Assembly (NCBI GenBank): GCA_964016885.1
Contig: OZ024760.1
Coordinates: forward strand, 13,702,001-13,766,000
Length of the DNA: 64,000 nucleotides
Origin: Eledone cirrhosa
Lineage: Eukaryota
Direction: 5' to 3'
This document shows, in pieces, positions 1 to 13,906 of the stretch. The notes beneath the pieces are model-generated. The model was not told where the DNA came from. It saw only the letters and a program-made list of their open reading frames with translations, and did no database searches. The translations under genes and the position numbers were made by a program. Each line of letters starts with the position of its first letter. Positions within the stretch are counted from its first letter, which is position 1.

Positions 1-1889
1 AAGGCATCTGGGTCTGTAGGTCACACTATAACCACACGTATTGTTAACCAGGTAATACTAGAAGGTGTCATACCAAAAGATTGGTGCAGTAGCATCATTG
101 TCAACTGCTACAAAGGTAAAGGTGATGCACTAGATAGAGGAAACTATAGAGGTATAAAGCTGATGGACCAGGTCATGAAAGTAACAGAAAGAGTTATAGC
201 ACAGTTGATTAGGGACTGGGTGCAACTAGACGAGATGCAATTTGGATTTGTACCAGTAAGAGGCACCACTGATGCCCTCTTTCTTGTGAGGCAGTTACAG
301 GAAAAGTACCTAGCTAAAAGTAAGCCACTCTACCTGGCATTTGTCGATCTTGAGAAAGCCTTTGACAGAGTTCCACGTGCTGTAATCTGGTGGGCTCTTA
401 GAAAACTAGGAGTAGATGAATGGCTTGTGAAAGCGGTACAAGCCATGTATAGGGGAGCAGTCAGCAAAGTTAGGATTATCAATGAGTATAGCGAGGAATT
501 TAGCGTACAGGTCGGTGTCTAACAGGGCTCTGTTCTTAGCCCTCTCCTGTTCATCATAGTCCTGCAGGCAATAATGGAGGATTTTAAGACCGGATGCCCA
601 TGGGAACTCCTGTATGCAGATGACCTCGCACTTATAGCTGAATCTATGGTAGAACTAGAGAAGAAATTCCAAACTTGGAAGCAGGGACTAGAAAGAAAGG
701 ATCTCAAAGTCAACATGACAAAGACTAAGGTCCTTGTAAGTAGACGAGAAAACAGAACCCAGATCCCCTCAGGGAAATAGCCTTGCTCAGTATGTAGGAA
801 AGGTGTAGGTAGGAACTCCATTCTCTGCCCCAAATGCAAACAATGGGTACACAAGAGATGTAGCGGGATCTCAGGAAGCTTAATTAAGAATGTAGGCTTC
901 ACATGCAGCAGCTGTGCTGGGACAGCAAGCAGCAAACAGCCACAGGAAACAAGTACCACCAATCTCTGGGAGGGCTCTGTAGAAACAGTAGACAGCTTCT
1001 GCTACCTAGGTGACCGATTTAGCAGCGGAGGTGGGTGTTCAGAAAGTACAATAACTAGGGTAAGAACGGGATGGAAGAAATTTAGGGAACTACTACCACT
1101 GCTAGCTGCAAAAGGCTTCTCCCTCAAAATGAAAGGCAGACTGTATGATGCGTGTATCCGAACAGCGATGTTACATGGTAGTGAGACCTGGGCGCTGAAG
1201 GTGGAAGGCTTATGTAAATTAGAGAGAAACGAAGCCTGCATGCTCCGATGGATATGTAATAGTAATATACGCGAACAACAAAGCATAAATGAATTGAGAG
1301 AGAGACTGAGCATAAGAGGAATCAAATGCTGTGTGCAGGAGAGGCGGTTGCGTTGGTATGGACATGTGATGCGTATGAAAGATGACAGCTGCATAAAAAG
1401 GTGCAGAGCACTAGAAGTCGATGGAAACCGCGGAGTGGGGAGACCCAAGATGACCTGGGATGAGGTGATAAAAGCCGACCTTACCCAATTACACCTCTCA
1501 AAGGCAATGACACATGACCGTGACCTCTGGCGTCACGCAGTAATACAGAGTACCTGACCTCCCATGGGTACAAGCTGAAGCATATAGACAATATGCCCCT
1601 ACACCCCCCCCCCCCCCCCCCACTGCAAGGTGGTCGTCGAGGTGCCACGACAGAAAAGCACCCAGCCCACACTGTAAAGTGGATGTATAGGCGCTACGAA
1701 AAAGCACCCAGCACTCACTGTAAATGAGGTTGGTGTTAGGAAGGGCATCCAGCTGTAGAAATCAAGCCAAATCAGTTCCTGTATGAGCAAGGCATGGTCA
1801 GCCGACCAGACACTGCCCACAACAGGACAACCCATCTAACCCATGCTAGCGTGGAAGAACGGACGTAAAGCGGTGATGATGATGATGAT
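1..1889 (+). mobile_element. RTE-clade LINE (subfamily A), 3' part, inactivated; cut by the window edge
   Basis: RT motifs ([24 protein letters not shown]), a Cys-rich finger, the [11 protein letters not shown]-terminus, a 3' UTR and a (GAT)n tail. In-frame stops at about 520 and 778. Confidence 0.95.
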
Positions 1890-2547
1890 ATACCATATAT
1901 CTATTTTACACACACACACACACATACCATCTATCTATTTTACACACACACACACACATACCATCTATCTATTTTACACTCACACAAACATCTATGTATC
2001 TGTCAGACATCATCTGTCTATCTTACACACACACACTCACACACATCCAATTATTCATCTATCTTACACATACACACACATCAAATCATTTATTTTATAC
2101 ACACAAACCAATCATTTATCTACATGCTTCATATATGCACTTGTATACATACACACATCCAATCATCTATCTCACACACACACAAACACACACATCATCT
2201 AGCTCACACAGACGCTCCCAATCATTTATCTCACACACAGACATACACATCCAATCATCTATCTCTCACACACACATACGCTCCTGTGGTTGATAGAGCA
2301 ACAGCTAATGTCATTGACAGAGTGACGGTCCCAGACAGACTGACAGTCCCCAGCAGAAGTGTCACTTGTGATATTACTCTGCTACAGTTCTCACCAAAAC
2401 CAAACAACGCAACAGATTCTCTGACATGGAAATATCTTTCACTTCACAACCTCTCACTAATGATATTGGAACATCACGTAGGTTTTCTTTTCTTTTTATT
2501 GCCTTTGAAACATTGTTTTACTTTTTACTGTGTTCATACTTTAATTA

Positions 2548-2710
2548 GGCGATGAATTGGCAGAGTCGTTAGAACGTCCGATAGAGTACTTTGTGTTATT
2601 CGGTTCAGCTCTCTGCTCTCTGAGTTCAAATCCTACCGAGGTCAACTATGCTTTTCATCCTTTCGAGGTCAATAAAAAAAGGTACCAGTCTAGTACTGGG
2701 GTCGATCCTT
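2548..2710 (+). mobile_element. tRNA-derived SINE (abundant family, core gagttcaaatcc...gcctttcatcctt.c.gggtc.ataaaataaagtaccag)
   Basis: A-box-like ggcagagtcgttag, B-box-like gagttcaaatcc, and a core shared with more than 10 other copies in the window. Confidence 0.8.
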
Positions 2711-4074
2711 CCTCTGTATCTCTTTCTCACTTCCTCTCTCAGTATCTATCCTTCTCTGGAAGATATCTGCTGTAGTCAGGCTTGGAGAGGAGATGGGCTC
2801 TGCCAGGTTTAAAAAGCCCAAGAAACGCTATATGTTAATATGGCACCCCTACAACTCCTCAGGAGTTAGAGGACCGCATTATACTGTAAGTCTGTGTAGG
2901 ATCATCATCATTGAACTGGTAGTGGTGGGTGGATACATTGATGTACCAAGACTGTGGCCCTTAGTAAACAGGAAAGTAGGCATTCACGTAAGGCCTGGAA
3001 AAATGTAGTCAGAGATAATCTGAAAACCTGTAACTTGGACCAAATCCTATCCCTAGAAGAAACACTCAGGAGAGATACTCTGAAAGGAGGCTACCAAAAC
3101 GTCCTCTACTGCATCTTCCTTCCACTTGACTCTTTGTCTTCTCTTTTGCAAAGTTCAGCATCCTTAGATTTGTTCTCACCAAATCTGCCTTTGTCTTCTT
3201 CTACTGGGAACTCCTGGCACCACTTCAAATAAAACAAAGTACCAGTAATGTACTGAAGTTGATTTAATCGATTTACACAAAAAAAAGCCAAAATTTGGCC
3301 TTGTGTCTAAATAAGAAAATATATTAGACAGCCTATGAAAAGGACATGATTGATTGACAGAATAGACAGAGTGCTCAACAAAATGCTTTGTAGTATTTAG
3401 TTACAACTGTCTATGTTCTGAGTTCAAATACTGCTGAGGAATTTAAATATCATAAACAGAGTTGTTCATAAGAAATATGGTAAGAGTAAAGTTAAAATTG
3501 TGATTTTGTTGTTGCTATGTGCTCAGTGCTGAATGCAGAAAATTGACAAATTGTTCTGCTTGTGGTTATTTGGTGTGTTATATGGTGTTCAGTTTTGTGT
3601 CCATTCTTTATTGATATTTGTGTCTAGGAATTATTTATACATGGAAGTTTGCAAATATTTCTCTATTATGTCAGAGTTTTCTATCGTATTTCTGTATTGA
3701 TTCACATTATCCTGGCCACATCTCAATGGAATGTGCTTGTTGTGCAGAGATTTAAAAACAAAATTTTTACCATTTCTATTAAGGGCTGTTACATAAAAAT
3801 GTGAAGGCATGTGGCTTAGTGGTTAGGGTGTTCAGTTCATGAGTTTGATTTCTTGTTCATGGAGGGTGGGTTTTTCTTGTACACTGCCACTCAATGCTGA
3901 TGATAACAAGATAAGCACTGACCTTGTGAGCTTCTTCCCTGGACAGGACACCAGACCAACACAGGGTTAACTCCCTACTACTGCTGCTCATTTTTAGCTG
4001 AGTTTATGTATGTATGTGTGTGTATATATATATATATCATCACCATCATCTTTGTTATGTATATATGTATACAC

Positions 4075-4111
<37 letters not shown>

Positions 4112-5911
4112 CTATATTTATGTGTGTGTGTATATGTGGATGTGTTGACCTGTAATTCCTGGTGGAGTGGTAGAGACAACATAGTGATATACAGAAACAC
4201 ACACATACACACAATCCTTAAAGTAATTACATGAGACAAAGAGGGAAGTGAATACAATTAGTTATATAATATCTCTGAAGATTTGTGACTCAGGAAACTA
4301 GAAGTTTCTTTGGTGGGACGAGATAAACAGATGTAGTTGTTATCTGGACTCTGTCTCTTACTCTCTGTGTGTTACTGTGTGTCATGTGTGTTCATTTTGT
4401 GCTACATAAACATAAAAGTGCTCAATACAACATGTATGTGTGTGTATACATATATACACAGTGTGTGTGTGTGTGTGTATATTTGTGCGTGTGTTATGTT
4501 AGGTAGATAAGGATTATATTTCAGAAATATAATCTCTGTTTACATCACATATCAGCACACACACACATTCAAATATGCATACTCCCATAAACACACACAC
4601 ACACACACATATATACATTTAAACATACACACACATTCTAAGGAGCATTTGGGTTGAAATTCAATGTGAGAGCAGCCAGTACTTAGAGGTACCACACTGT
4701 ATTAAAATAAGGTTTACAGGTGAAAAACAAAAACTGTAGGATATTATCTGGATTACAGTAGCCCCCAAAAATAATTGGTTTAATAAGTAAAATAAACTGA
4801 TAAAAAAATAATTGTATGTTTGTTGATAGTTTATTTAGTGTAAAATGTTGGGTATTCACACATGGCCATACTGCACTGAACATTACTTCAAAGGAACCCA
4901 AGTTATTTTTATACTTGGTATTGTGTTTCAGTTGTTGTTAGTTTTCAGTTACCAGCTTATTAGCAGTGTTTGTTTTGATAGCAAAATCTGCCTGAAACTA
5001 TCCCTGGATCAGTGTTATTTTGACATTCATAGGAAATGTAGGAATCCCAAATGCTAAAAATCACTGTAACCAAAATCAAGAGCTATAAATAATAGTGATG
5101 AGAACAATCTCTGTCTCGATTAGGAAACTGCATTGAACAGCCTAAATAACATTCTATGGAAAGTAATGAACTTTTGAAGCGCAAAGAAGTTATGAAATTC
5201 ATAGAAAATAATTGTAACCACAGTTGATTGCTATCAGGGATAAAAGTACCCAGTACACTCTGTAAAGTGGTTGGTGTTAGGAAGGACATCCAGCTGTAAA
5301 AAGCTTGCTAAACAAGGGGTTGGAAGTGCCTCTCAGTTTGTGTCAAAAGACATGACAACTTCTCATCTGCACTCAATAGAATGTATGACTGTGTGTAAGC
5401 AGGGCCCTTTGTCTTGTCTGAGAGATCAGTACCCTTGCTTCAATACTGGCTTGGTATATATAGACCCTTCCAACCCTTGCTAGCAGGGAAAGCAGATGTT
5501 AAATGATGATGAATAACTTAGAAATTCAAGTAAAATATCCCTAGTGACAGGAAACAAGTGGACAGTAGACATTATAAAGAATTGGACTTCGTATGCCACA
5601 AATTCCGGTTGAATGCTCTAGCCAGTGGGTTAAATGACCTATGACAACAAAGTTATTTAAAAATCATAGGCAATGGCCTTCATTAGAAATATGGTAAGGA
5701 AAGGGTCCTCTTCTAATGGCAATGAAAGGGTTAAAGTGTTTATATTTATTGAAAAAAACCTTCAATCATAATTTTAGCTAAGAACTTTTATGTTCCAAAC
5801 AACAACTTAATAATGAGAAAGTTATATTTCTAAATCCCTTCAAATTCTTGATTATTTTCAAAGTTATTCAAAAATCATAGGCAGTGTCCTTCTTAGAAAT
5901 ATGGTAATGAA

Positions 5912-6075
5912 AGTGTTGGGTCATGTGTGCACACACCAGCAACAACTTCGCCTCACCACCACCACTGCCACCTCCTCCTCCATCTTAATTGTTTATTAAG
6001 GTGTTGGGTCATGTGTGCACACACCAGCAATAACATTACCTCATCACCACCACTGCCACCTCCTCTTCCTCCTCG
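5912..6075. repeat. Tandem duplication with ~89-bp period
   Basis: gtgttgggtcatgtgtgcacacaccagcaa occurs at 5912 and 6001. Confidence 0.85.
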
Positions 6076-6568
6076 TTAATTAATTTTAATTAAGGCTCTT
6101 TTAGTTATGTTTCTCTGAAAGTTTCCAAGACTGTCTGAGAAACCTGTAATAAACTGGGGAAACTCCAGAGAAATGGGCCACAGGATCAATATTAACCCTT
6201 AACATGCTGTAAGTGTTGTTATTGTTGTTATTTTGTTGTCTTTTTCTTGTTAATGCCCTTGTATTGTTGTTGTTGTGTCTAGGTTGTTGACCTGTCAGCA
6301 CCATTGTTAACAACATCCTCCAACGCATTTCAAATACCTGGCTCAGGTGTAACAAACACACAGCTTTCCCCAGTTTGAATTGTTTAGAAATATTGCAAGG
6401 CACCTCATCTGATGTTCTGGTGTCCCTGCCAGTTCACTGCCCTCTCTAGACAGGTATTCTGCTTATTGACCCCAGGAGAATGAAAGATAAAGTTGCTTTC
6501 AGTGGGGTTTCAACTCAGAATGCAAACCCCTTCATCATCGTCATCATTCATTTGAAGTCATCAAGATG

Positions 6569-6651
6569 ATTTCATATGAAATAGTTTTAGTCCTGTAGAT
6601 GTCTTTATATAGTAATGACTTCCACAGGACTAAAACTATTTCATATGAAAT
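6569..6651. repeat. Inverted repeat with perfect 28-bp arms
   Basis: 6569-6596 is the reverse complement of 6624-6651. Confidence 0.85.
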
Positions 6652-7062
6652 ATATATGCGTGTGTGTGTATCCTTACAGGATGGACTGGGTGTTTTTTTG
6701 TCAGGGAACCAGCATTACCACCTTACAGGGTGGACTGGATGTTTTTTTCATGTCACTACCACCTTTCAGGATGGATGGGGTGCTTTTTATCATCATCATC
6801 ACCACCATCATCACCACCACTGCCATGAGCACCATCATCAGTATCATTCTCACTGTCATCATCATCAATCTAGCAATGTGTCTATATTGTGGGTGTATCT
6901 TTAAAATATGAATGGATTAACAAACTGTTTTTTCTATATCTCAAATGAATTAAATATGAACCCTGTTACATTGTATTATATTATGTTGTATTGTATTATA
7001 CTATGTTGTGTTGTGTCTATCTTTCAAAAGACCAGCCTATTCTGAAATGGTTTAAGTATTTG

Positions 7063-7241
7063 GGACTGAGATGGCCAGCCACGCAGGCATGAGACCTGCT
7101 GATCTCCAAACCTCCACTCTACTCACTGTAATAAGGACTGAGATGGCCAGCCACGAGGCATGAGACCTGCTGATCTTCAAACCACTACCCTACTCACTGT
7201 AATAAGGACTGAGATGGCCAGCCATGCAGGCATGAGGTCTG
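7063..7241. repeat. Minisatellite, ~71-bp unit, about 2.5 copies
   Basis: ggactgagatggccagcca occurs three times. Confidence 0.88.
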
Positions 7242-8333
7242 CAAGTGGGAATGGCTATTTCAACATGTTTCTATCTTGTTATCCTCTGGGGTAATGTTTT
7301 CTCAATCTGTCTTCTGATGGGACCACAAAGCAGCTTGGGCCTTCTGTTCTGTGTACCCGAGAGCATTCTCCAATACTGTTCAGGCTTGAATTGTTGTTGC
7401 AATGGTAGAGATTACTGATTGTTAGTCCCAGTCGACGGTATTGCTGCGGAGAATAACCAGTAAAACCTGCTGCATCAACCATGCTACCTCCAGGGGATCC
7501 TTCCTCAGACAGCATACATTCCTCCTGATGTTTTGGGAAAGATAAACGACAGTTCACAAACCAAGGATACAAGGGGTCTTGGTGGAAACCAGCATGGAAA
7601 GGAAGTGGTCGATCAAGTCCCAGTATTTACCTTTCTTCCTCTTCTTCCCTGCGTTAAAGCTAAGGATGGCGGCAGTGCCTTCATTGTAGTCACTCTATCT
7701 CTGTTGCTCTTCTTCCGATTAACAACTGAAGTGCTTTCATTTCTTTTTCTTTAAAGAGATTTGATAAATTGTTGCCACTTACATACAAATGTGATAGGAG
7801 AGAACTTTCTGGCATTTTATCAAACCAGAAAGTCAAAATAATCTAATTGGAGAAAAAACAAACAAAAAAATACCAAAAAAATAACATAAATAAATTTTTT
7901 TTAAAACTAGTAAGGATGAGAAATAAAATATATTTAAGTAGAATATTTTCATGGTATTATAAACAATAAAAAAACAGAATTTGAAGCAGGCGGTGGGGGA
8001 TTAAGTTGTTTCATTTTATAATTGTTGGAGGGGTACTTGGTATGTATGGGGAAAGGGTCCCTATGAAGGGTCAGTTTGGAAGTGCCTTTTCTAATATACA
8101 GTGGTGACCATAACTGGACCCTGAAACCAATGGTTGCACATGTGTTCAGTGTATGAAACAATTTTATACTAAATAAGCTCTCTTGCAACAGATTGAGCAC
8201 TGCTTTCCTTGATCTTTCATTTACAGATATTCTACATATATATATATATGCGTGTGTGTGTATATATATATATATATAATTATTATTATTATTATCTTTT
8301 TAACTCACTCATTCTCTCTTTCTGTCTTTGCAG

Positions 8334-8523
8334 GAAAAAATCAGAAAATACAAAAATTACACCTCTAAAAAATATAAAGAAAAGTTCAAAAAGTCCAAAT
8401 TTGCCTAAAAAACATACTCCAGAAAATGCTGGTTCCGGGGCCAAACCAAAAAGTGTGACGTCACTTCAACCTGACGCTGATGCTCACCAATATCTTTCCC
8501 ATAGTGCCGAAGAGCTTGATAAT
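8334..8523 (+). CDS. TMCC: TMCC exon (first visible; phase 2 to 0), KKSENTK...KSPNLPKK...EELDN
   Basis: Polypyrimidine tract plus cag at 8331-8333, an open frame, and donor AAT|gtaagt. The phase matches the next exon; the sequence is weakly conserved. Confidence 0.75.
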
Positions 8524-11500
8524 GTAAGTCAATTTTTTTACTTCATCTTTGTTCATTACACAACTGAGTTCAACCTTAACTTTTAAAGTCCTGCACCATA
8601 TGAAACCACATTAGCAGGACATTCTTGAAAAGAATAAAACAGCACTATGACTGCATCACATTAAAAATTAAAGTTCTTACTTTAATCCTGCATATTTTCA
8701 CAACAATCTGCTAGTAGTAAAGATACTATAAACATTTGAATTAAACCACATGAAACCACGCATGTGACATGATATCTTACATGACACATCATATGCTATT
8801 TTACATGCTAGCTTAACTCTTAACATCCTATACTATGTGAAGCCACATCAGCAAGACATTCTTGGAAAGAACAAAACGGCACTATGATTACATAAATGAC
8901 TACTTTAATACTGCATATGTCTGCTAGTAAAGATACTACAAACACTTGAATTAACTAAGTACATGAAAGTACATGTTAAATGGCATATCACATACCATTT
9001 TACCTAGAATGTTAGATGCCATGTGACAGGCTGTTGTATGTACACGGTAAGTGTAGTAGAGATGTTGTGGGTTTAATTCCTGGACAGGGTTGTATGATGT
9101 GTTCAAAACACATAATTTCACATTGTTCGGCCTGAAAATGAGTACCAGTAGTAGCTGGAGGTTTAGCCCTATGAAGGACTGGCATCCTGTCCAGGGTAGG
9201 AGTCTTGTATTTGTGACTCAATGAGCACTGGCCTGATGAGCCTTTTGGCTCGAAACAGATTTTAAACTTTTTAGATAGATAGACTTAGAAGCTCCGCTGT
9301 TTTGAGATACAGAAGACAGGTTAATCCAGCCTTACCTCTCTGCAGCCAGGGCAGGTACATCCTTCCATTCCTTTTCCATAAGTCGTGGATCTTGCTTTGC
9401 CAAAATTTCTTAGTTTTTGTACTTTTTTTTTCTTCTTTTTGCAGCTGGACGGAAGTGGGTCTGTTGGTAAGCACCCAGTGGTTCCACTGGTGCAGTCAGT
9501 TCAACAAGAAAATGGCAACCCTAGTACTACCAATACACCAAACACATGTACGCCCACCATCACAACCACAACTACTACATCAACAACACTCAGCTCTGGA
9601 ATCAGTGGTGGCAGCGGCTTTGGAGATGCATCAGTGGATGATTTGGACGGCACACACACCCCTGACCCTAGTCGTACCAAAGCTGCTAAAGACCACCTCC
9701 TAGCCAAAATCCACAAGATAATGGTACAGATAACAAGTGAACAGGACTCTAAAGAAGGTAAGAAAACATCCATTGTTGTAATTATTGGCATCGGTCAGTT
9801 TGTTCTTCAGTTTGTAGACTGGGTGCTTGTTATTGACACCAGCACTACCACATTACAAGGTGGACTGGGTGCTTGCTATTGTGACACAAGCACTACCACA
9901 TTACAGGGCAGACTGGGTGTATTTTATCAAGAGCAACACTACAACTATATATATAATTGTTTTGTTCTTATTTTCCTCACAGCAAATGTCAATGAATACC
10001 TGCGGTTAGCCTCAGGTGCAGACAAACAACAAATCCTTCGGATAAAAACTGTTTTTGAAAAGAAAAATCAGAAATCCACCCATTCAATTGCTCAGCTTCA
10101 GAAAAAACTAGAGAATTATCAGCGGAAACTAAACGATGTTGAAACGTACGGGGTTTCGAGTCACAAGCAGGCTAAAGAAGTATTGCGGGACATGGGACAA
10201 GGTTTAAAGTAAGTTTAATATTTAATTCATCCACCCTGATATCGCCACAACCACTCATCCTGACATCCCACCTCTACACCACTATCATTACCACCATCAT
10301 GACCACCACCGCTATCACCACCATCAACACAACCACCACCATCATCATCATCATCACCACCATGAACACCGACATCACCACTATTACCACCGTCAACACC
10401 ACCACCACAGTATCAGTACAGTCTGTTGAAAATAACTTCAGGAACTGACATTATGACTTTGTATTTCTTTGTAGAGATGTTGGAGCCAATATCATGGATG
10501 GTCTGAGTGGATTCTCTGGGTAAGAATCTCTTTATTTCATATTTTACAAATATTTAACCAAATATGGTAGAATTTACCTGAGGAGGAGGACAAAAGAGAT
10601 ATGGAATGCCAGAAAGACAGACAGACCGACATGTCTGTCATTCTGCCATTCCATATCTCTTTTGTCATTGAAAATTAAAAATAAAATGTACTGTTAGCTT
10701 AAAGTTAACTGCTTTATTACAATGAAACAAGTTGAATATATAAGCCGTTAGAAACAGATAAAAAGTACAGTATCCTCTGAGGGGCATGAACTCACACCTG
10801 TCCACTTTTTCTGCCTGTAGGTGGCTTATATATCCAACTTTAGCTTTAAGCTAACATGCATTTGAAATTCATAATTCATTCAACACTCCTTAAAGATACA
10901 GTTTATACATAATTATTTCTATATATATTATTCAGTATTCAATCCCAGTCACATATCAATCATGCTACGTCATATATATATATGTATATGTATATATATA
11001 TATGTATACATATATCATCACCACCATTTAACGTCCATTTTTCCATGCTTGCATGAGTCAGACATTTGTCTGTGTCAAGAGACAAGCCTAGCCAGGATTG
11101 TCCATGCCATACCTTGCTCCAAAGGGACTGTAAATGTGGCCAGGGTGTTTACAGCTGGATGCCTTTCCTAACACCAACCACATTTATATATATATATAAG
11201 GTTTTGCTTATGTATGTCAAGAATGAATGTTTAAACAAGATAACTGCTTACCAAAGAATTTGACTCAACGGTATCCTTTGACTCATATAAATATCCAAAC
11301 CGGGGAATATGGTATATTTATATAATTTGAATCAACATTTTATGAAATGGTGAATTGGCAGAGTTGTTAGTGTTTGATCTCTGCACTCTGAGTTAAAATC
11401 TTGCTGAAGGTTTATCTTTTGACTTTCATCCCTTCAAGGTCAATAAAGTACCAGTCAAGTAATTGGGTTGATTCTACCTCTATATCTCTTTCTCACTTCC

Positions 11501-13786
11501 TTTCGAGGTCGATAAAGTATCAATTTAGGCAGAATTGTTAAAGAATTGAAAGTGTGTGGGGGTGGGGGGTCTCTTTGCATTATTTCATCTGGCTATCCTT
11601 TGATATCCTTTGATCTATTTCAAATATCGACTGTTGTGTTGGTTGTTTCATCATCATCATTTAACATCCATTTTCCCTGCTAGCAAGGGCTGGATGGGTT
11701 GTCACAGACTGAGTCAGTGGAGTTACTGACCTCTCTGACGGGCAAGGGGCCTGAGTTATATTTCAAAATGGAGTTTAACCATTTCTATTGAAATACACTG
11801 TGTCCTACATCTATCAATCAGTTATGATTACATCTATGAGCATAAAATATTGATGATGATGATGATGATAATGTGCATTATAATTAGTTAAATATGAATT
11901 ACTAAGTGAGCTGTCATCTTTAAAATATGAGTTGCCAGGATTTATAAAAAAAACATTTTATTATTTAAACATTTTGTGACCATATTTCCAATGTAATACT
12001 CTGCTCTATGTATTTCAATCTAGAAAATAAAGAAAAACAAAATAGTAAAATAACTAAATTCTCCATTATCAAGCTGACCTTAGAATATAAATTAACAAAA
12101 GCTTTTTGGACACAATTATCATAAAAGGTTTAAATTTACATATAAATAGAGTAGATAGTTTCATCAACAAGATCCCAGACCTCATTTGCTTACCAAGTGG
12201 GGTCAAACTCATCAAATCAAACCAAAGAAGCAATGTTTCCATTGATCTTTCCATTGCTGATACTATCTCATAGCAAATATGCATATAAATAATTTTTAAA
12301 AGATGGGATTGTCTTATAGAAGCAGGGATGGTCTAATGTGGATTGTTATCAAAAGGATTTCATAAAACAATGGATAGTTTCAGGCAGATTGTTATCAAAG
12401 GAGTGGGATTGTATTCTCTGAGCACATGTCCATAATTTAATGTTTGCATGGAAATTTCAAATATATTTGTTAATTATCATAACATTGTAAAATTTAGACA
12501 AAAAGTAATTTAAATGACCCCCCCCCCCCCACCCCCACCCCCAAAAAAAGGAAACATGGGATTGTTTCATAGAACCAATGATGGTCTCAGGCAGACTATC
12601 AAAGTATTGGTATTGTTTCATAGAAGCAGGGATGGTCTAATGTGGATTGTTATCAAAAGGATTTCCTTGCTTTTAATAATCTTTCTTTTTCTTTTTATAT
12701 GTGAATAAAAAAGATTGCTTAAACTTTGTGTTCAATCTATAGGCATGGAAGAATTTAATGCTTCAGCAAAGTTAGATGGGTGCCAAGAAATAGCTTAAAT
12801 TAATAAATTTATGAATATTTGAGTAAAGTTAATATAATCTGGTTTGTTTTTCTGTTAGATACTTAGAATAAATCCCTCTGGAAGTCTCCAAATTCTTTCT
12901 TTTGTTGGAAGACAAGAAGGATCAATGTTGTACTGTCTTATTTACAACAGTTTGGTAGAGCGGAGGAAATAGCATTGACATTTGATCTGTGGCTACTTAA
13001 CTTCAATACTTCATTACACAAGCATGCTGCTCTCAAAATAAAACTGTAGATACTTACATATATATATATATTTATATAATGTGTTTGTGTATGTATGTAT
13101 ATTTATTTAATGTTTGTGTGTGTGTATATATATATATAATGATCTGGAGAGTTTTAGGAAGAGATATGAGGGTGGAAGTGACATGAAGTAGGAGGAGAGA
13201 GAACATGTTATTTGTACTTTAAAGATATGTCTGTGTGTGTATATTCACAGTGAGGCATATAAATTGTAGTTATAGTTGTATTAAACTTATATAAGATTTA
13301 TTAATATATGCTATGCTGTGCATGAATATTTAGCATTATTTGATTTCTATATTAGTTTTTGCTAACCCACTCTAGAGCAACTGATCTGTACTAAAGGTTG
13401 TTCTTCTTTACTTAAGATCATTCTTAGTGTTAGAATGTAAACAGTTTAGTGTTATTGGTATTTGCTAGGTTATTGCGAAATGTCAATGAGTTTAGCCAAC
13501 AGAGCTGATATTTCTGTGTAAAACCATTTTAATAACGGACATTGTTGAATAATTCTATAAATTCAGTTTACTTCCCATTATCTTAAAATATTGAAAACAA
13601 TTGAAATTACACTCTATTATTATTGAGGCTATGTTTGTATGTTTTGTTTGTTTTAAATATTTTCTTCACCTGTTGTTCAGTCTGAGTAATTCATTGTTGA
13701 GAACAAGTTTATATTAACTTTATATGTTGTGGTATATGGAGAACTAAGTTTATATTAAATTTATATGTGGTTGAAAATAAATGTGT

Positions 13787-13821
<35 letters not shown>

Positions 13822-13862
13822 GTATATATATATATTGTTATACTTTGGGAGGGTCGAAAACG

Positions 13863-13906
<44 letters not shown>

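Noticed and set aside
519-1835. Minus-strand ORFs overlapping RTE copies (also at 15-21 kb, 46-47 kb and 50 kb)
   Set aside because: They are antisense frames of the LINE coding sequence or UTR and recur only because the LINE is repeated.
2548-2640. tRNA-like A/B boxes (many copies in the window)
   Set aside because: No cloverleaf can be formed. They are heads of tRNA-derived SINEs, not tRNA genes.
3470-3490. ATG followed by gtaag as a possible TMCC first coding exon
   Set aside because: It would be phase 0, whereas exon 8334 needs phase 2. The same agaaatatggtaa string recurs at about 5686 and 5895 as part of a repeat.
9233-9260. CTGATGAG-cc-tttt-ggctc-GAAAC hammerhead-like string
   Set aside because: It is the 3' end of a SINE. 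There is no stem III/NUH/stem I downstream, and the sibling copy at about 43100 lacks GAAA.
9385-10212. 275-aa single ORF
   Set aside because: It fuses two real TMCC exons through a stop-free 225-nt intron (9758-9982) that has canonical splice sites and contains repeat-derived sequence.
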